In this document: positions 13,460 to 26,307 of the stretch, piece after piece | Position numbering within the stretch: the stretch's first letter is position 1 | Layout of the letters: the number at the start of each line of letters is the position of its first letter | Source: Camelus ferus | Lineage: Eukaryota | Length of the DNA: 64,000 nt | Direction: 5' to 3' | Assembly (NCBI RefSeq): GCF_009834535.1 | Contig: NC_045697.1 | Coordinates: 80,044,001-80,108,000, forward strand | Notes under the pieces: model-generated | What the model was told of the DNA's origin: nothing | The model's input: the letters and a program-made list of their open reading frames with translations, nothing else | Databases searched by the model: none | Program-made: the position numbers and the translations under genes

Positions 13460-13785
13460 CTATGCTGAATCTTGAAAACATTATAGTAAATGAAATAGGA
13501 CAGACACAAAAGAACAAGTGTTGCATGATTCCATGTGAGTGAGGTGCCTAGAATAGGCAAATGCGTAGAGACAGAAAGTGTACTAGAGGTTCCCAGGGGC
13601 TAAGGTGAAGGAGAAAATTGGAAGTTATTGTTTCTGTTTGGGATGATGAAAAAGTTCTGGAAACTGAGAGTGGTCATGATTGCATAGTGTTGTAAATGTA
13701 CTCCATGCCAGTGAATTGTACACTTAAAGAGTGGTTAAAACGGTAAACGTTATATGATGTGTGTTTTACCACAATTAAAAAAGAA
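13460..13785 (+). mobile_element. Old L1M 3'UTR fragment
   Basis: cttgaaaacattat...gaattgtacacttaaa...ttttaccacaattaaaaaa. Confidence 0.8.
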
Positions 13786-14529
13786 GAGGGATGGTTCTGG
13801 AACTTGAAGCAAAGAAAGGCTAAGAAGATAGGGAAATCTCAGAATGTTGAAAGATTACGGGCAGTGAGTCAGGGGAAGGAGAATGATCACTGATGGAGAA
13901 AGGTTTCAAAGCAAGAGGATGTGTAATAAATCTTTGAAGTGTATACATAGCAAAGTGACAAATGCCCATCTGATGGTCTCTACTTTCTCAGCAGTTACCT
14001 TTCTTAGGGCCTGAGGTGAGGGGGAAGCTCCAGGTGTGTCATACAGGTTTAGCAATGTCACTGTACTGAATAAAGTGAGAGCTCAGAAAGAAGTTGCCAA
14101 GCAGTGCCACAGATTTAACTGATGCCAGAAATCATAAATTAGTCACAAAGCCAATCATTTCTTCTCTGAGTTGTTCAGTGATATTTAGAAGTTCTGAAAC
14201 AAAAGCAGGTTTTCTTTTTTTTTTTAACCTGGTTGGGTTAATCCAACCTTGGTGACTAGAGAGTTCTTTGGAAAAGAACAATGAGATGAGGGAAAGCTAG
14301 GTAGATTTTGTTGAAAGATTCAGGAAATGAAATGAAGAACAGGAGAGTCAGTCAAGGAAAACAAACTCATCCAGTGAGATACTTGTCATAATATCCAACA
14401 CTGGGCTTGCACCACTGAAAGGTCCTAAAACACTGAAGACATTTTAGAAGGTTGAATGCTCAGAAGGGCTTCCAAGGAAGGAAATGACCAATACAGCATT
14501 TAAGAGTTCGTCTTAAACCCTGGTATGTG

Positions 14530-14653
14530 CTTCTCTCTTCCCCTTACCCTCTTCCTCCTTCCCCTCTGTCCCCTACCTGTCCTCCCTTCCCTGTTCTGCC
14601 CTGCCCTCTTACCTTCTCCCATAATCTCCCTCTCTTGCTTCCTTCTTCTTCCA
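14530..14653. repeat. CT-rich low-complexity polypyrimidine tract
   Basis: Seen directly. Confidence 0.75.
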
Positions 14654-14708
14654 TGACGCATTTAATGGTTACTTTGACCATACTGAAGGAGCTGACTTGT
14701 TTTTCACA

Positions 14709-14838
14709 CAGTTGGCCTTCCTTATTGGCGGATGTGAAACCTGTGGATACGGAGGGCAGACTGTACTCCATCATTTTCTATAAGGGACTTGAACATCCAT
14801 GGGTTTTGATATCTGTGGGACTCCAGGAGGGCTGACTG
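14709..14838. mobile_element. MER2/Tigger-type DNA transposon remnant ending ~40 nt upstream of exon 33
   Basis: cagttggcc ... ggatacggagggcagactgta ... gagggctgactgta TIR-like ends. Confidence 0.65.
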
Positions 14839-14879
14839 TACTTTAAATTTCAGATAACTGACCTTATTTCATTTTATAG

Positions 14880-15108
14880 GTTCTGGCTGATAGATTGTCA
14901 ACAAATCCAGGAATCCGTTACCTTTGCATCACAAGTGTACAGAGAAATTATCTGTGTTCCATATATGGCCAAATTTGTAGTGTTTGCCAAATCACATGAC
15001 CCCATCGAAGCCAGGTTGAGGTGTTTCTGCATGACCGATGATAAAGTGGATAAGACCCTTGAACAACAAGAAAACTTTGCTGAGGTGGCCAGAAGCAGGG
15101 ATGTGGAG
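14880..15108 (+). CDS. ANK2: ANK2 exon 33-equivalent (229 nt), [35 protein letters not shown]...RSRDVE
   Basis: ttttatag acceptor, GAG|gtactg donor; CMTDDK motif (DD at 15037-15042) intact. Confidence 0.96.
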
Positions 15109-15924
15109 GTACTGTATTTGAAAAAACAATTTATGTTAATATATTCTTTATACCTTTATTAATATATTATACTTAAAATAATATCTAATAAATAGAGCCA
15201 GAAAAAAAAACCCAGTTGACATCTTGATCAGTTAGAAGGTTGAGGTCTAGAATCAGCCATTTTTAGCTGGTTTCAACCTATTCTATAGGGTTAGTCTCAG
15301 TGTATATGAGGAGGTAAAAGGACTCTTTAAAGATTATTATGGGGAAAATTATGAGTTATTGATAAATTCAGTGTATAAAAATGAATATAATGATTTACAT
15401 GTGATTTTTATCTTTCCTTGTTCTTTTTTTTTGAAGTGAATATTTATTTGATTTTTTACTATTATTCTTTAACAGTAGAGAAAACAGTTCAAGAAGTATA
15501 TCCTTTGTGTAAATGTGAAATACGGGCTTTCTACATTACTTTTTCTTATTTCAGATTTTTCCATCAGTGTGGACCTTTGGATATTGAGGTCAAGTAACCT
15601 GACTCATTGTGATAATCAGAAAGAAATCTAAATTTGGGACTTAAAGATTTATTGGTTTGGGGAGGTAATATGTCATAGTGTTATAAATGAGTGGAAATGA
15701 GAACATTAATATTAAATACCACCATGCATTGAAGATTCCCATTACTAGAAAGAAGAGACATGCTTTATCACAGATAACACAAAATGTTTCTCAGCAGTTT
15801 AATGATTATTGTATGCACTTTATAAGAATTTTAATGTTCTGGGTAATACCACCACTTCTTATGTAAATAACAAGTAATAATTGAAGCTATTATATTCTGT
15901 GTTGTTCTTCTCTATTCTCACCAG

Positions 15925-16050
15925 GTATTAGAAGGAAAACCCATCTACGTTGATTGTTTTGGCAACCTGGTGCCATTAACCAAGAGTGGTCAACATCATA
16001 TATTCAGTTTTTTTGCCTTCAAAGAAAACAGACTTCCTCTCTTTGTCAAG
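15925..16050 (+). CDS. ANK2: ANK2 exon 34-equivalent (126 nt): [42 protein letters not shown]
   Basis: ctcaccag acceptor, AAG|gtaata donor. Confidence 0.96.
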
Positions 16051-16204
16051 GTAATATACATATGGAATTTTGTAAAGCATTTAATTCAAGACCAAAAAAA
16101 GCTTTGACTTCCTTTAGGAGAATAGAATATTTGCTTTTCAGTCATTTCCAATGGTTTTTAAAGCCAGTTCTATAAAATTTTGAAATCTTAGAAAACCAAC
16201 CATA

Positions 16205-17150
16205 TTTTTTTATTGAAGTTGTGTCAATTTCTGGTTTACAGCATAATAGTTCAGTCATTCATAGACATATATATACTTGTTTTCATATTCTTTTTCATTA
16301 TAGGTTACTAAAAGATGTTGAATATTATTCCCTGTGCTATACAGTATAAACTTGTTGTTTATTTTATATTTAGTAGTTAGTATCTGCAAATCTCAAACTC
16401 CCAATTTATCCCTTCCCACCCTTTTCCCCCACTGGTAACCATAAGTTTGTTTTCTATGTCTGTGAGTCTGTTACTGTTTTTTAAGTAAGTTCATTTGTGT
16501 CATTTTCTTTTTCTTTAGATTCTACATAAAAGTGATATCATATGGGATTTTTCTTTCTCCTTCTGAATTACTTCACTTAGAATGACTATCTACAGGTCCA
16601 TCCACATTGCTGCAAATGGCATTGGTTTATTCTTTTTTGTGGCTGAGTAGTATTCCATTGTATAAATATAGTACAGCTTCTTTACCCAGTCATCTGTCAG
16701 TGGACATTTAGGTTGTTTCCAAGTCTTGGCTATTGTAAATAGTGCTGCTGTGAACACTGGGGTGCATGTATCTTTTTGAATTAAGGTTCCTTCTGGATAT
16801 ATGCCCAGGAGTAGGACTGCTGGATCATATGGTAAGTCTTTTTAGTCTTTTGAGGAATCTCCATACTGTGTTCCATAATGGCTGCATCAAATTACATTCC
16901 TACCAACAGTGTAGGAGGGTTCCCTTTTCTCCACACCCTCTCCAGCATTTATTGTTCATGGACTTTTGAATGATGGACATTCTGACTCGTATGAGGTGAT
17001 TCCTCAAGATAGTTTTGATTTGCATTTCTCTGATAATTAGCAATATTGAGCATTTTTTCATGTGCCTATTGGCCATTTTTATGACTTCATTGAAGAATTG
17101 GTTATTTAGGTCTTCTGCCCATTTTGGGGTTGGATTGTTTGTATTTTTAA
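16205..17150 (-). mobile_element. L1 LINE 3' portion (ORF2 end plus 3'UTR), antisense
   Basis: T-rich tail followed by typical L1 antisense sequence (ggatatatgcccaggagt, ttgcatttctctgataattag). Confidence 0.9.
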
Positions 17151-17449
17151 AATGACAATTTCAACCTTAATTTTTAGCTATATACGATGTTTAAGGCAGA
17201 GAATGAGGGACAAATTGCCAATTTATTAAGTAGAAAAACTGGTTATTCATTGCCAAATGTTAAGGGAAGTCTTTCTTTTTCTTTCTTTCTTTCTTTTTTT
17301 AATATTATTTATTTTAAATATTTGTACTTATATTTTTAAAATATGTGATATCACAAGTATGGAGGCCAAAAGAGTTCTTAGTGACAAATTTTCATAATAA
17401 AAGCTCTCAAAGGACCCAGGATCTCACTTAATCTACTACAATATTATCC

Positions 17450-17677
17450 CAGAGTTTAGGATTAACAGATACACATTACTATATATAAAATAGATAAGCA
17501 ATCAGGACCTACTGTATAGCACAGGGAACTATATTCAGTTTCTTGTAATGAGCTGTAATGGAAAAGAATCTGAAAAAAAATGTATGTATATGTATATCTG
17601 AATCACTTTGCTGTACACATGAAACTAACATTGTAAATCGACTACACTTTAATAAAAAATAAGAATTAAAAAAAAAG
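17450..17677 (+). mobile_element. L1 3' terminal fragment with A tail
   Basis: ggacctactgtatagcacagggaactatattcag...aataaaaaataagaattaaaaaaaa. Confidence 0.85.
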
Positions 17678-18149
17678 AGATTATCCCAGATAGAGCTATA
17701 GACTGGATATACCTTCATAACTCATTCAGCAAACATCTGAAGAGACACTTCAGTGTAACATGAATTTGTTGTCCCTGTTTGGAAATATTAATCCAAGTTA
17801 GAAATTTGGCTGTAACATATACAAGTTTCATTTTAGATTCCAGTTCTAAAGAGGGACAAAAATGAATATGAGTGAGAGATTCATGAAATTAAAAGGAAGT
17901 GATAATTCTATTTAATTTTTAATGAGTCTGTTAAGTTTTCTCAAGATCTCCACTGAAGGCTTTCATTGTGCCAATTCTGGTTCAGTTGTTTTGCCTGATT
18001 AAAGATAGGCTTTTACAGATCACCACGTTGAACAGTAAGAGCTGAGGGGTAATAGATCTGTTTACCACAAATAACTATACAATTGTGCTAATATTTGATA
18101 CTGTTGACATGCAAAAGTCATTCTGTAAACAACATAATACAAAAATAGG

Positions 18150-19262
18150 AAAATGACAAACATTTCTCCAAAGAAGATGCACAAATGGCCAATAAGCACA
18201 TGAAAAGATGCTCAACTGCTTAGGGAAATTCAAATTCAAATCACAATAAGATACCACTCCATACCCATTAGGTTGGCTGTTATCAAAAACAAAGAAACAG
18301 AAAGTAACAAATGTTGGTGAAAATGTGGAGAATCTGGGACCCCATGCATTGCTGGTGGGAATGTAAAATGGTGCAGCCGTGGAAAACAGTATGGTAATTC
18401 CTCAAACAGTTAACCATAAAATTAGCATATGCTCCAGCAATTCCCAAAGAATTGAAAGCAGGGACTCAAACACTTATTTGCAATGTTCATAGCAGCGTTA
18501 CTCTCAATAGTCAAAATGTAGAAACAGCCCAAATATCCATTGACAGATGAATGGATAAAAAAAAATGCAGTATATGCATGCAATGGAATAGTATTCAGCC
18601 TTAAAATGAGTAAAATTAGTCAGACGTAAAAGGGCAAATGTTGTGTGTTCCCATTTGTATGAGGTACCTAGAGTAGTCAGATACAGAATCTGAAAATAGA
18701 ATGGTGGTTCCCAGGCGATGGGGAAGGAAGGAATGGGAAGTTATTGTTTAATGGAAACAGTTTCAGTTTGTGAAGGCGAAAACTTTCCGAAACTGAATGG
18801 GGGTCATGATTGTACATCAGTGTGAATGTACTTAATGCTATTAAACTATGCCTGTAGAAATGGTTAAAATGGTATTTTATGTATATTTCAACACAATTTT
18901 AAAAAAGAATGAAATTCTGATATATGTTGCAACAGGAATAAAGCTTAAAAATATCATGCTACCTGAAACAACCCAGACACAAAAGGACAATTATAGTATA
19001 ACTCTATCCATACCAGGTACCAGGCAAATTTATGGCAACAGAAAGTTGAATAGAGGTTACTAGGTGCTGGGGAAAAAAATAGGGAGTTATTTCTTAATGG
19101 GTACAGAGTTTCTGTTTGAGATGATGAAAAATTCTTCATGATGGTGATGATTGCACAGCTTTGTAAATGTGTTTCATGCCATTGAATTGTATACTTAGAA
19201 ATGATAAGTGTATAAATGGAAATGGTAAGTTTTATGTTATGTATATTTTACCACAGAGTTTT
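18150..19262 (+). mobile_element. Old L1M fragments (ORF2 end plus two successive 3'UTR copies)
   Basis: gcacatgaaaagatgctcaac, tgctggtgggaatgtaaaatggtgcagcc; 3'UTR motifs recur at ~18620-18905 and ~18910-19260. Confidence 0.85.
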
Positions 19263-19449
19263 TGAAAGCTGAATGATTTTAAATCATTCTAAATGATAAC
19301 AGAAAAAGAAAAAGAGAACACCTCCAAAACCTTATTAGCATTACCAAATGAATTTTATTTTTTTCCCTAGCTTTTTTTGAGTACCATCTCATTAAAATAA
19401 ATGGTATGTGTCATATATGGGTGAAGCATGTATGCCTTTCTTTTTCAAG

Positions 19450-19572
19450 GTACGTGATACAACTCAGGAACCTTGCGGACGACTATCATTTATGAAAGAG
19501 CCAAAATCTACCAGAGGCCTGGTGCATCAAGCTATTTGCAACTTAAACATCACGCTGCCAATTTATACGAAG
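19450..19572 (+). CDS. ANK2: ANK2 exon 35-equivalent (123 nt): [41 protein letters not shown]
   Basis: tttttcaag acceptor, AAG|gtattg donor. Confidence 0.96.
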
Positions 19573-21526
19573 GTATTGTAATCTGTATAGAGCAATTCAG
19601 GCAGCATAGGATTGATTCTCAAATCCTGTAGAATAAACAAGTGCGAAGATACTGACTGAATGCAACCACATGCAACAGTCATTTTTGATTCCCTGTCCAG
19701 TTTCCATTTAAGTACAGAAAAATGTAGCTCTACCTTATTTCACATTAAATTCACTTTGATGGAAAAAATTCTATAAATATATATTGGAGATGGAAGAGAT
19801 AAAATTTGAATTTAAGATTTAACTTTTTGAACTAATTTCTAAAAATAAAATAATTGTCTTTGACTTATTATGTTCTTACATCCCTTCTGCATCATACAAG
19901 TACATTTGGCCCTACCAAAACATTATGAGTGCACTAGCTTCTGTTTATTACCAGTTCACAGGGAGATTATATATTATCAAATCTAGAGCAACATTATGAT
20001 ATTTTACCTTGTTGCTGAAATAATTGTCTGTTCATTTTGTAACCTACATTATTTTAGGAATATCAAATTAATTTTTCAACCATTTTGGCATGATTAGTAT
20101 ACAAAAGACTCCCATGTTACTGGAGTAAATTTGAAATATTGTTGAAAGGAAAAATTCACTAATTTCTGACCCAAATCTACCAACAGGTATTACTTTCTAT
20201 CCAGACCTCTCCCCACTGTAGAATTCCTTGATCACTCTGATCAAATCAAAGAACACAAGGGAATGAATTAAATGTTAGGGATAACTTTTCTTTTATTAAA
20301 AAAGTTTTTAACCAGTATCCGTTTTGAATGGAAATCTCCCACATGGCAGTTTACAGGAGGTTATAGCAAGCTGTCAGTGTGTGTGTTAGAGGTTGGGGAG
20401 TGGAGTGAACAGTGGTAGAGGAGACGTGCAGGAGAAGAACTATATTTAAAATCCTCCTCTTGACTCCACAAAGCAAAGGGTTTCCTCTACTTCTTTTTAT
20501 TCACCACAGTATGTTTTTTCTTAATTATTCTTATAAATTGGAAATCAGTCACAGAGAGAAAAGTATGTAGCATCATGTTTAACATTATAAATTCTTACTA
20601 AATGATGAAAATGAAATGAAATCCCAGTATTGGTATACGTGAATGTACACGTTATTCTGAGACCCAGAGCACAGCAGTGGGCATGTCCACCCAAATGAGC
20701 ATAAATCTAATCACACTCCAGTGATGCAGAATGTACTCTGGGGTTTGTGGTGCTGATCACTTTGAGTCACTGAAGCAGAATGCCAAATAAGCAGCACAAA
20801 GAAATATGTACTGCTGGGGCGATCCACCTGCGTGATATATAAAGATGAAGGAGCTTTGTTTCTGATTTCAGTGAGCTTTCACTGTGCTATAAAAGAAAAC
20901 ATTTACTTCATTACTACTTTTTATTTCTCAGTCAAGCTCTGTCAAGCACAGTTATTGTAGCTGTGATGGTCCAGGACAACTTTCCACTGAGTAACTCAAA
21001 ACATAAAAAACTGCCAAACATTGTATACTTCAGATATGCTTTAGAACTTAGTAGCTCTTTATCATAATAAAACTCCTAAATGTTGCCTGTGTATTGAAAG
21101 TACATTCACCATATGTTTATTTGTGGCTTTTAACAGTCTTAGTCAATATCTGTAATGACTGATTCATTGCCATCACCACTTCGGTAGACATATGCCATCA
21201 AATTCGTTAAATGTCAAACTCTGAGGCTGCTGATAACCTAGCATCTGAAATTAGTATTTTTATCATTTTAGTTCTTTTGCCTATAAATGAGTATATTTAT
21301 CATCTTGGTTCTTTTGTCTCTTGAATCGACAGACTATTTGTATTTAAATCAATCCTCTTTAATTTTTGTGCCTGTCTTCTGTAAACTGTTAGAAAAATTA
21401 TGAGTACGCTGAGTGTATGCTTGCCTGTTGATGTTTTTTGTCAGGGTATTTAATCTTTTCTTCTAAATACTCTCTACTCTTCCTGCTCTCTGTTTTCCAC
21501 CTTGCATGGCATCTTGGGGCGGCAAG

Positions 21527-21559
21527 GAATCAGAGTCAGATCAAGAACAGGAGGAAGAG
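21527..21559 (+). CDS. ANK2: ANK2 33-nt microexon (exon 36-equivalent): ESESDQEQEEE
   Basis: ggcggcaag acceptor, GAG|gtaatt donor; matches ankyrin-B linker. Confidence 0.93.
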
Positions 21560-23481
21560 GTAATTGTATGGCATTGTCACTTGTTCATGGCTCTGTCATT
21601 GCTGTAAACAGTAATAAGACCACATGGTTAAGCTCTGTTCTTAGAAGGGTTACACAGTTGTTCTTGGTAATTAAAGGGTCACAATTTTCCTTAACCTCTC
21701 TGAGACAGTTTTCTCATCTTGTGGACTGATTTCAGAGGACAGTAAAATTTGCCTGTAAATTGTTACCTGTCTTATGGAATAATATAGATTTCTCTGCTAA
21801 CTACTGAAGACCAAACCATTATCCCAGGGATTCTCAAAGATTGGTCTGGAGATGCCTGCAGGTCAAACTCTTTCTTTAGTAGTAAAGACATTATTTGCAT
21901 TTTAGCTCCCATATCCTCACAAGCTACACAAGAATGTTCTAGAGACTCCATTATATATGATAACATCATCACCTGACACTCTGGAATGTGCTCTTATATA
22001 TACTGGGTTCTAGCATTTTCACAGCTTTAATTTGTAATAGAGATACTTATTTATATATGTTAAGCGTAACAAAAAGTTCTTCAGGCTCGTCAGTAATTTT
22101 AGGAGTGTAAAGGTGGTCTTAAAAACAAAGTTTGAGGACCACTGAAATAGAAAACTTTCAGGAGCATGTAGTTCATCCATTTGACTATAATATTATAATA
22201 CAGAAGCCTACTGGTCATGTACACTTTTTATAAGGTAGGCTCTTTACTAAGTGTTCCACGTACTCCGTCCACACTGGTCTCTCACAATCACCGTATGAGG
22301 TGTGTGCTGTCATATCATAGATGAAGAAAATGGGTCTTAGAGAGGTTGCATTGAATAAATAGCCATTCGAACTATATCTGCTTCGATAGTTAAAGCAAGT
22401 ACGTGTTTGTTTCCTTTATAAAGATCTAAAAATGCCCAAATGTTATCATAGAAATGAAAGAAATCATTGGAAAATTATCCTTCTACTTAATTGATTAACA
22501 TATTGGTTCCTATTTCTGAGACAAATGGAATTGTTATTAGCTGCAAGTAAATGCTTTTCAAATATACTAGTTTCATTCTTTAATGTTTTTCTGATGGATT
22601 TGAAATACAAAAACATAAAGGAAAACATAATAAACCACCCTTGGATCCACCAGCTTAAAATGTAAGGCCTTAGTTCAGAGAATGCCCTTGAACTCACTTT
22701 TTTTTAACTGATACCCAGGCAGTGGAGCTGGACAAGAGGGTGATTATAGACTCATCCACCTGCCATGTATAACCAGACACACAGTAAACTTATGACAAGA
22801 CTGACACCATTCTTTCCCTTAACTGTGCAGTCACTCTTTGTCTCACATACTCAGTTTCCTTCCTGTAGTTGGTGACTCAATCCCCAAGCTGTTCAAAATG
22901 ATACCTACATACCTTCTAGACAGAGTGATAGTCATGAATCCAACTTTGGTATATGTTCAAATGAGGTTTTCACATTAGGTTTATGATTTTTCTATTGACT
23001 ATTTCCAGGCACTATTCAGGGCAGTGGATCTAGTTTGTATGCTTTTCAGGATTTGGAATTCTGGCTTGTAACTCATAATGACACTACTTCTGTAGAACAG
23101 ATCACCCTGGCATGCTGTTTGTTCTTGCTTTCTTTTTCTTAACTAAATTGACACTGTTTTATACCTACTTCACTGCTTCCCTGGCCTTTTCCCTAATGTA
23201 TATTTCTAACATCAAACACTCCCTGGACCATATCTCCCCAGGAGTAACATTTTAGAAAGGACTTTACACTCATAGTGTCTAGGAAAGAGATTTGTTTTTT
23301 TCAAGTTAGCATGAGAATGAAGGAAATTCTCAGGAAGAACTGTAGCAAATTACTCTGACCTTCCTCTAGCTTATGGTGTCTCCCATGTGTATAATTATGA
23401 ATAAGAGGTTGTTGTGCACATCAGGGGTGGTGAGACAAGATGCTACTTGTAACCATTCGATTTATGTATGTTTTCTTTCAG

Positions 23482-23503
23482 ATCGATATGACATCAGAAA
23501 AAA
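23482..23503 (+). CDS. ANK2: ANK2 22-nt microexon (exon 37-equivalent): IDMTSEK(N)
   Basis: ttttctttcag acceptor, AAA|gtaaga donor; supplies the phase-1 junction needed by both the giant exon and exon 39. Confidence 0.93.
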
Positions 23504-26307
23504 GTAAGATTTTCAAAAAAATTGAGTTTGTTTGAAAGCTGGCTACACTAAAGAAAAGCATGAATTAAGATGCAACCTAGTTGCCATTACTAACCACTGT
23601 AATAAGTATATTTTTATATTATCCTTATTAATCATTAATATATGTTTAGAAAAGCAGCTTGGCCAGTTAAATTATGAAGACATAAATCTGTGAGCTAATT
23701 AGCAGTAAAAATGCAATGATTATTCATCCAAGCATTCACTTTCTTTTGGATATCCCTGTTACCCCCCGCTATCGCTGTTATGCTTGTTTAGAAACCCACC
23801 CTACCGTTTTTGTCCATTTGTTAGCACAACATTGTCATCTCATTTTTTTAAGCTCTGATGTGACAGTATCACTTTTTTATATCAAACGACGCTGACTTCA
23901 GTAGAGAGCTCATTATTTTTGTAGGCTACACCTGCAAAAGTGATACTGTCTTAATAGTGCTCAGCTGAAGCTAACTCTCCCCTCACCCCCCTCCCTCCCC
24001 CCTTGCACCTCTTACTGTGGTGAAGTGTAACTGACTTCTCTAGGGCTGAGGTCTAACAGACTTCGGTGGAAACCTTCTGGAAAAAAAAAAAAAAGCAAGG
24101 AAGCAAAAATTCAGACCTCCTGAATGAAATTACTAATCACAACAGTGTGTCCTAATAGGGCTAATTTTAAATAATGATGCAAATCCTAAATATTATCTAG
24201 TTCAGAGAGAACTTGTTTTTACAGACCTTAAGAGAGCTATCTTAGAACTCACTTCAGGTTTGTACCATTCAATTAAATTTTCAGTTTGTTGGACTGTTTC
24301 TGGTGACTCATTAGCTGCTTGTGTGGAAGAAGTTGAATTTTCAAGTTTCTTCTTGCTTTTATGCCCCAGATGCTTTTGAAAACAAAAAATCAAATTTTAA
24401 TGTTTATTCATTTTAAGATTTGATTCACTATGTTTCAAGGTGCTGTTCCCAAAAGGAGGAAACTTAGAACCATGTTGAATATGGTCATTAGGCCCTATGC
24501 CATTATCTTAAAGCTTTTTTCCCCTTTTTTTGAAGTCCTTGCTTCATGTATTTTACTGTAATGTAAATGTAGTAAATGTAATTTACTACTAAGTTATTGA
24601 AATACTTTTACTTGAGAGTCTCCTTACTCTCATGTTAAATCATTATTCAGGACTAGAATATTTGAAATTTGGGATGTTTTCATTGATTTATATTTGAATA
24701 AATATTTACTAATATAAATATTTTAACATATCTTTGTATATACATTTTCACAAAGTATATCTTCTCAACAAATACTGACTCTCTCAAGAGAAGGCATTAT
24801 GTTTATAAAAAGTTTACATTATCATTGCCTTCATTAATTCCTTTTTTTAAAAGAGATTTTGTTATTTGGGACTTTCTTCTTTGGGGCTATGGTGTTTATT
24901 TAAATGGCCCTTTCCTTTGATCCTTGTATCCAAGTTAGTAGGAATTAAAAATTAACCCATCCATCTGGCTCAATCATTAATTTAAAAAAAAGTTACTGTA
25001 CTGCTATAATGCCAAGGATTCTCCCAGGTAACTCCTAGGTATTGTGACCATTTAAAAAATTTCAAATATAAGTTCACATTCAGCTTTCTTTTAGTATAAA
25101 GATAATCAATCATAAAATAATCTTCATCTAGGCATGCAGTAATCTCCAAAGAAGGGCTCTGTGGAAGAGATTCTTTCCTAAGGTCTTTTCATGAATAAAT
25201 ACTAAAGAGTTTGAGTTTCCCTCCTTGCTTTTAATGGGTGCAGACCCTGCCACCAATGCCTTGAACATACTGTGTTGAGCATCTTAGGGACGGACTTGTA
25301 GGGAAATAAATACACTTCACCACAGTAATGTTTTACATATTTGTTCTAATTTCTTACCATCCTTCTGCCCGTGCAACTCAGCAAGGCCACCTTTCCCACC
25401 AGTTTTATTCCACCTTTGCTTTGCATGGAAATAACTTGGCTTACATAAACTGTGCGTGTGTCCTGTGTGACTGTCTCTGATTTGGGTTGCCATGCATCAC
25501 ATTTTAACTTTGGACTCACAAATAAATTTAATCACAGTTGTTGTTTGTGTTGGTTTTCTTTCCTTTCCTTTCTTTCCCTCCTTGGTCTATCCATTACGTG
25601 TCTAAACAAGGAGGTTGCTCCAAGGAAAGGACCATGCCTCTCAGCACAAGACTGTTTGTTTCATTGTTAGGTGTGAATTTCCCTTAGATGAAATGCCAGT
25701 TTGCAGCTGATTCAGATATATTTTATATAATCATTGTATGTTGGTGGAAGTAAACATACTGAACCTCAGATTTTTATATGATTTTATATTTAATCATATA
25801 AATGAACGCATATACATCATTAGAAGGTATTCTGAATTTGCTACTACTGGCTTTCTCCTAGAGGAAATCAACTTTCTGCAATTTCTAATGCTTTTTTTCC
25901 TTTTTTTTCCCATGTTTATTTTTTTTCAACATTGATCTGTAACATCTGAACAATCTTGAGATATTTCTGTATAATTTCACAGTGTTCGTTCTTTGTTTTG
26001 TGATTTTGTGTGTGTGTGTCTTGATTATTTGTTACAGCTTTGTTGTATGTGTGGATGAGCTACAAGTGAGAAAATTAAGCAAGTTATTTCCTGCTCATTT
26101 TTCCTTTTCAGTTTTTTTTTTTTTTGTTGTTGTTAGCCTTGCTTTGCTTTTGTATCCCAAGACCTTGTGGATCCACCATTCCCAGCCCATGTTGTTGTGC
26201 CCCCACCACAACAGGAAAAGACACTCTGTGGTTTCAGTCCTGATTACATTTGCCAATATCTTTTTTGATTTCCATTTTACTTTCAATGTTTTTCATTCAC
26301 ATCAAAG

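Noticed and set aside
14896..14904. DCQQ versus recalled human DCRQ in exon 33
   Set aside because: Single CpG-type change at a position that differs among ankyrin paralogs as recalled; no evidence of significance
16766..19139. Short ORFs at 16766, 17509, 18075, 18848 and 18954
   Set aside because: All fall within L1 fragments
26250..26307. ORF-track start of the 2118-aa ORF
   Set aside because: Non-ATG start inside the intronic pyrimidine tract; the real boundary is the acceptor at 26308
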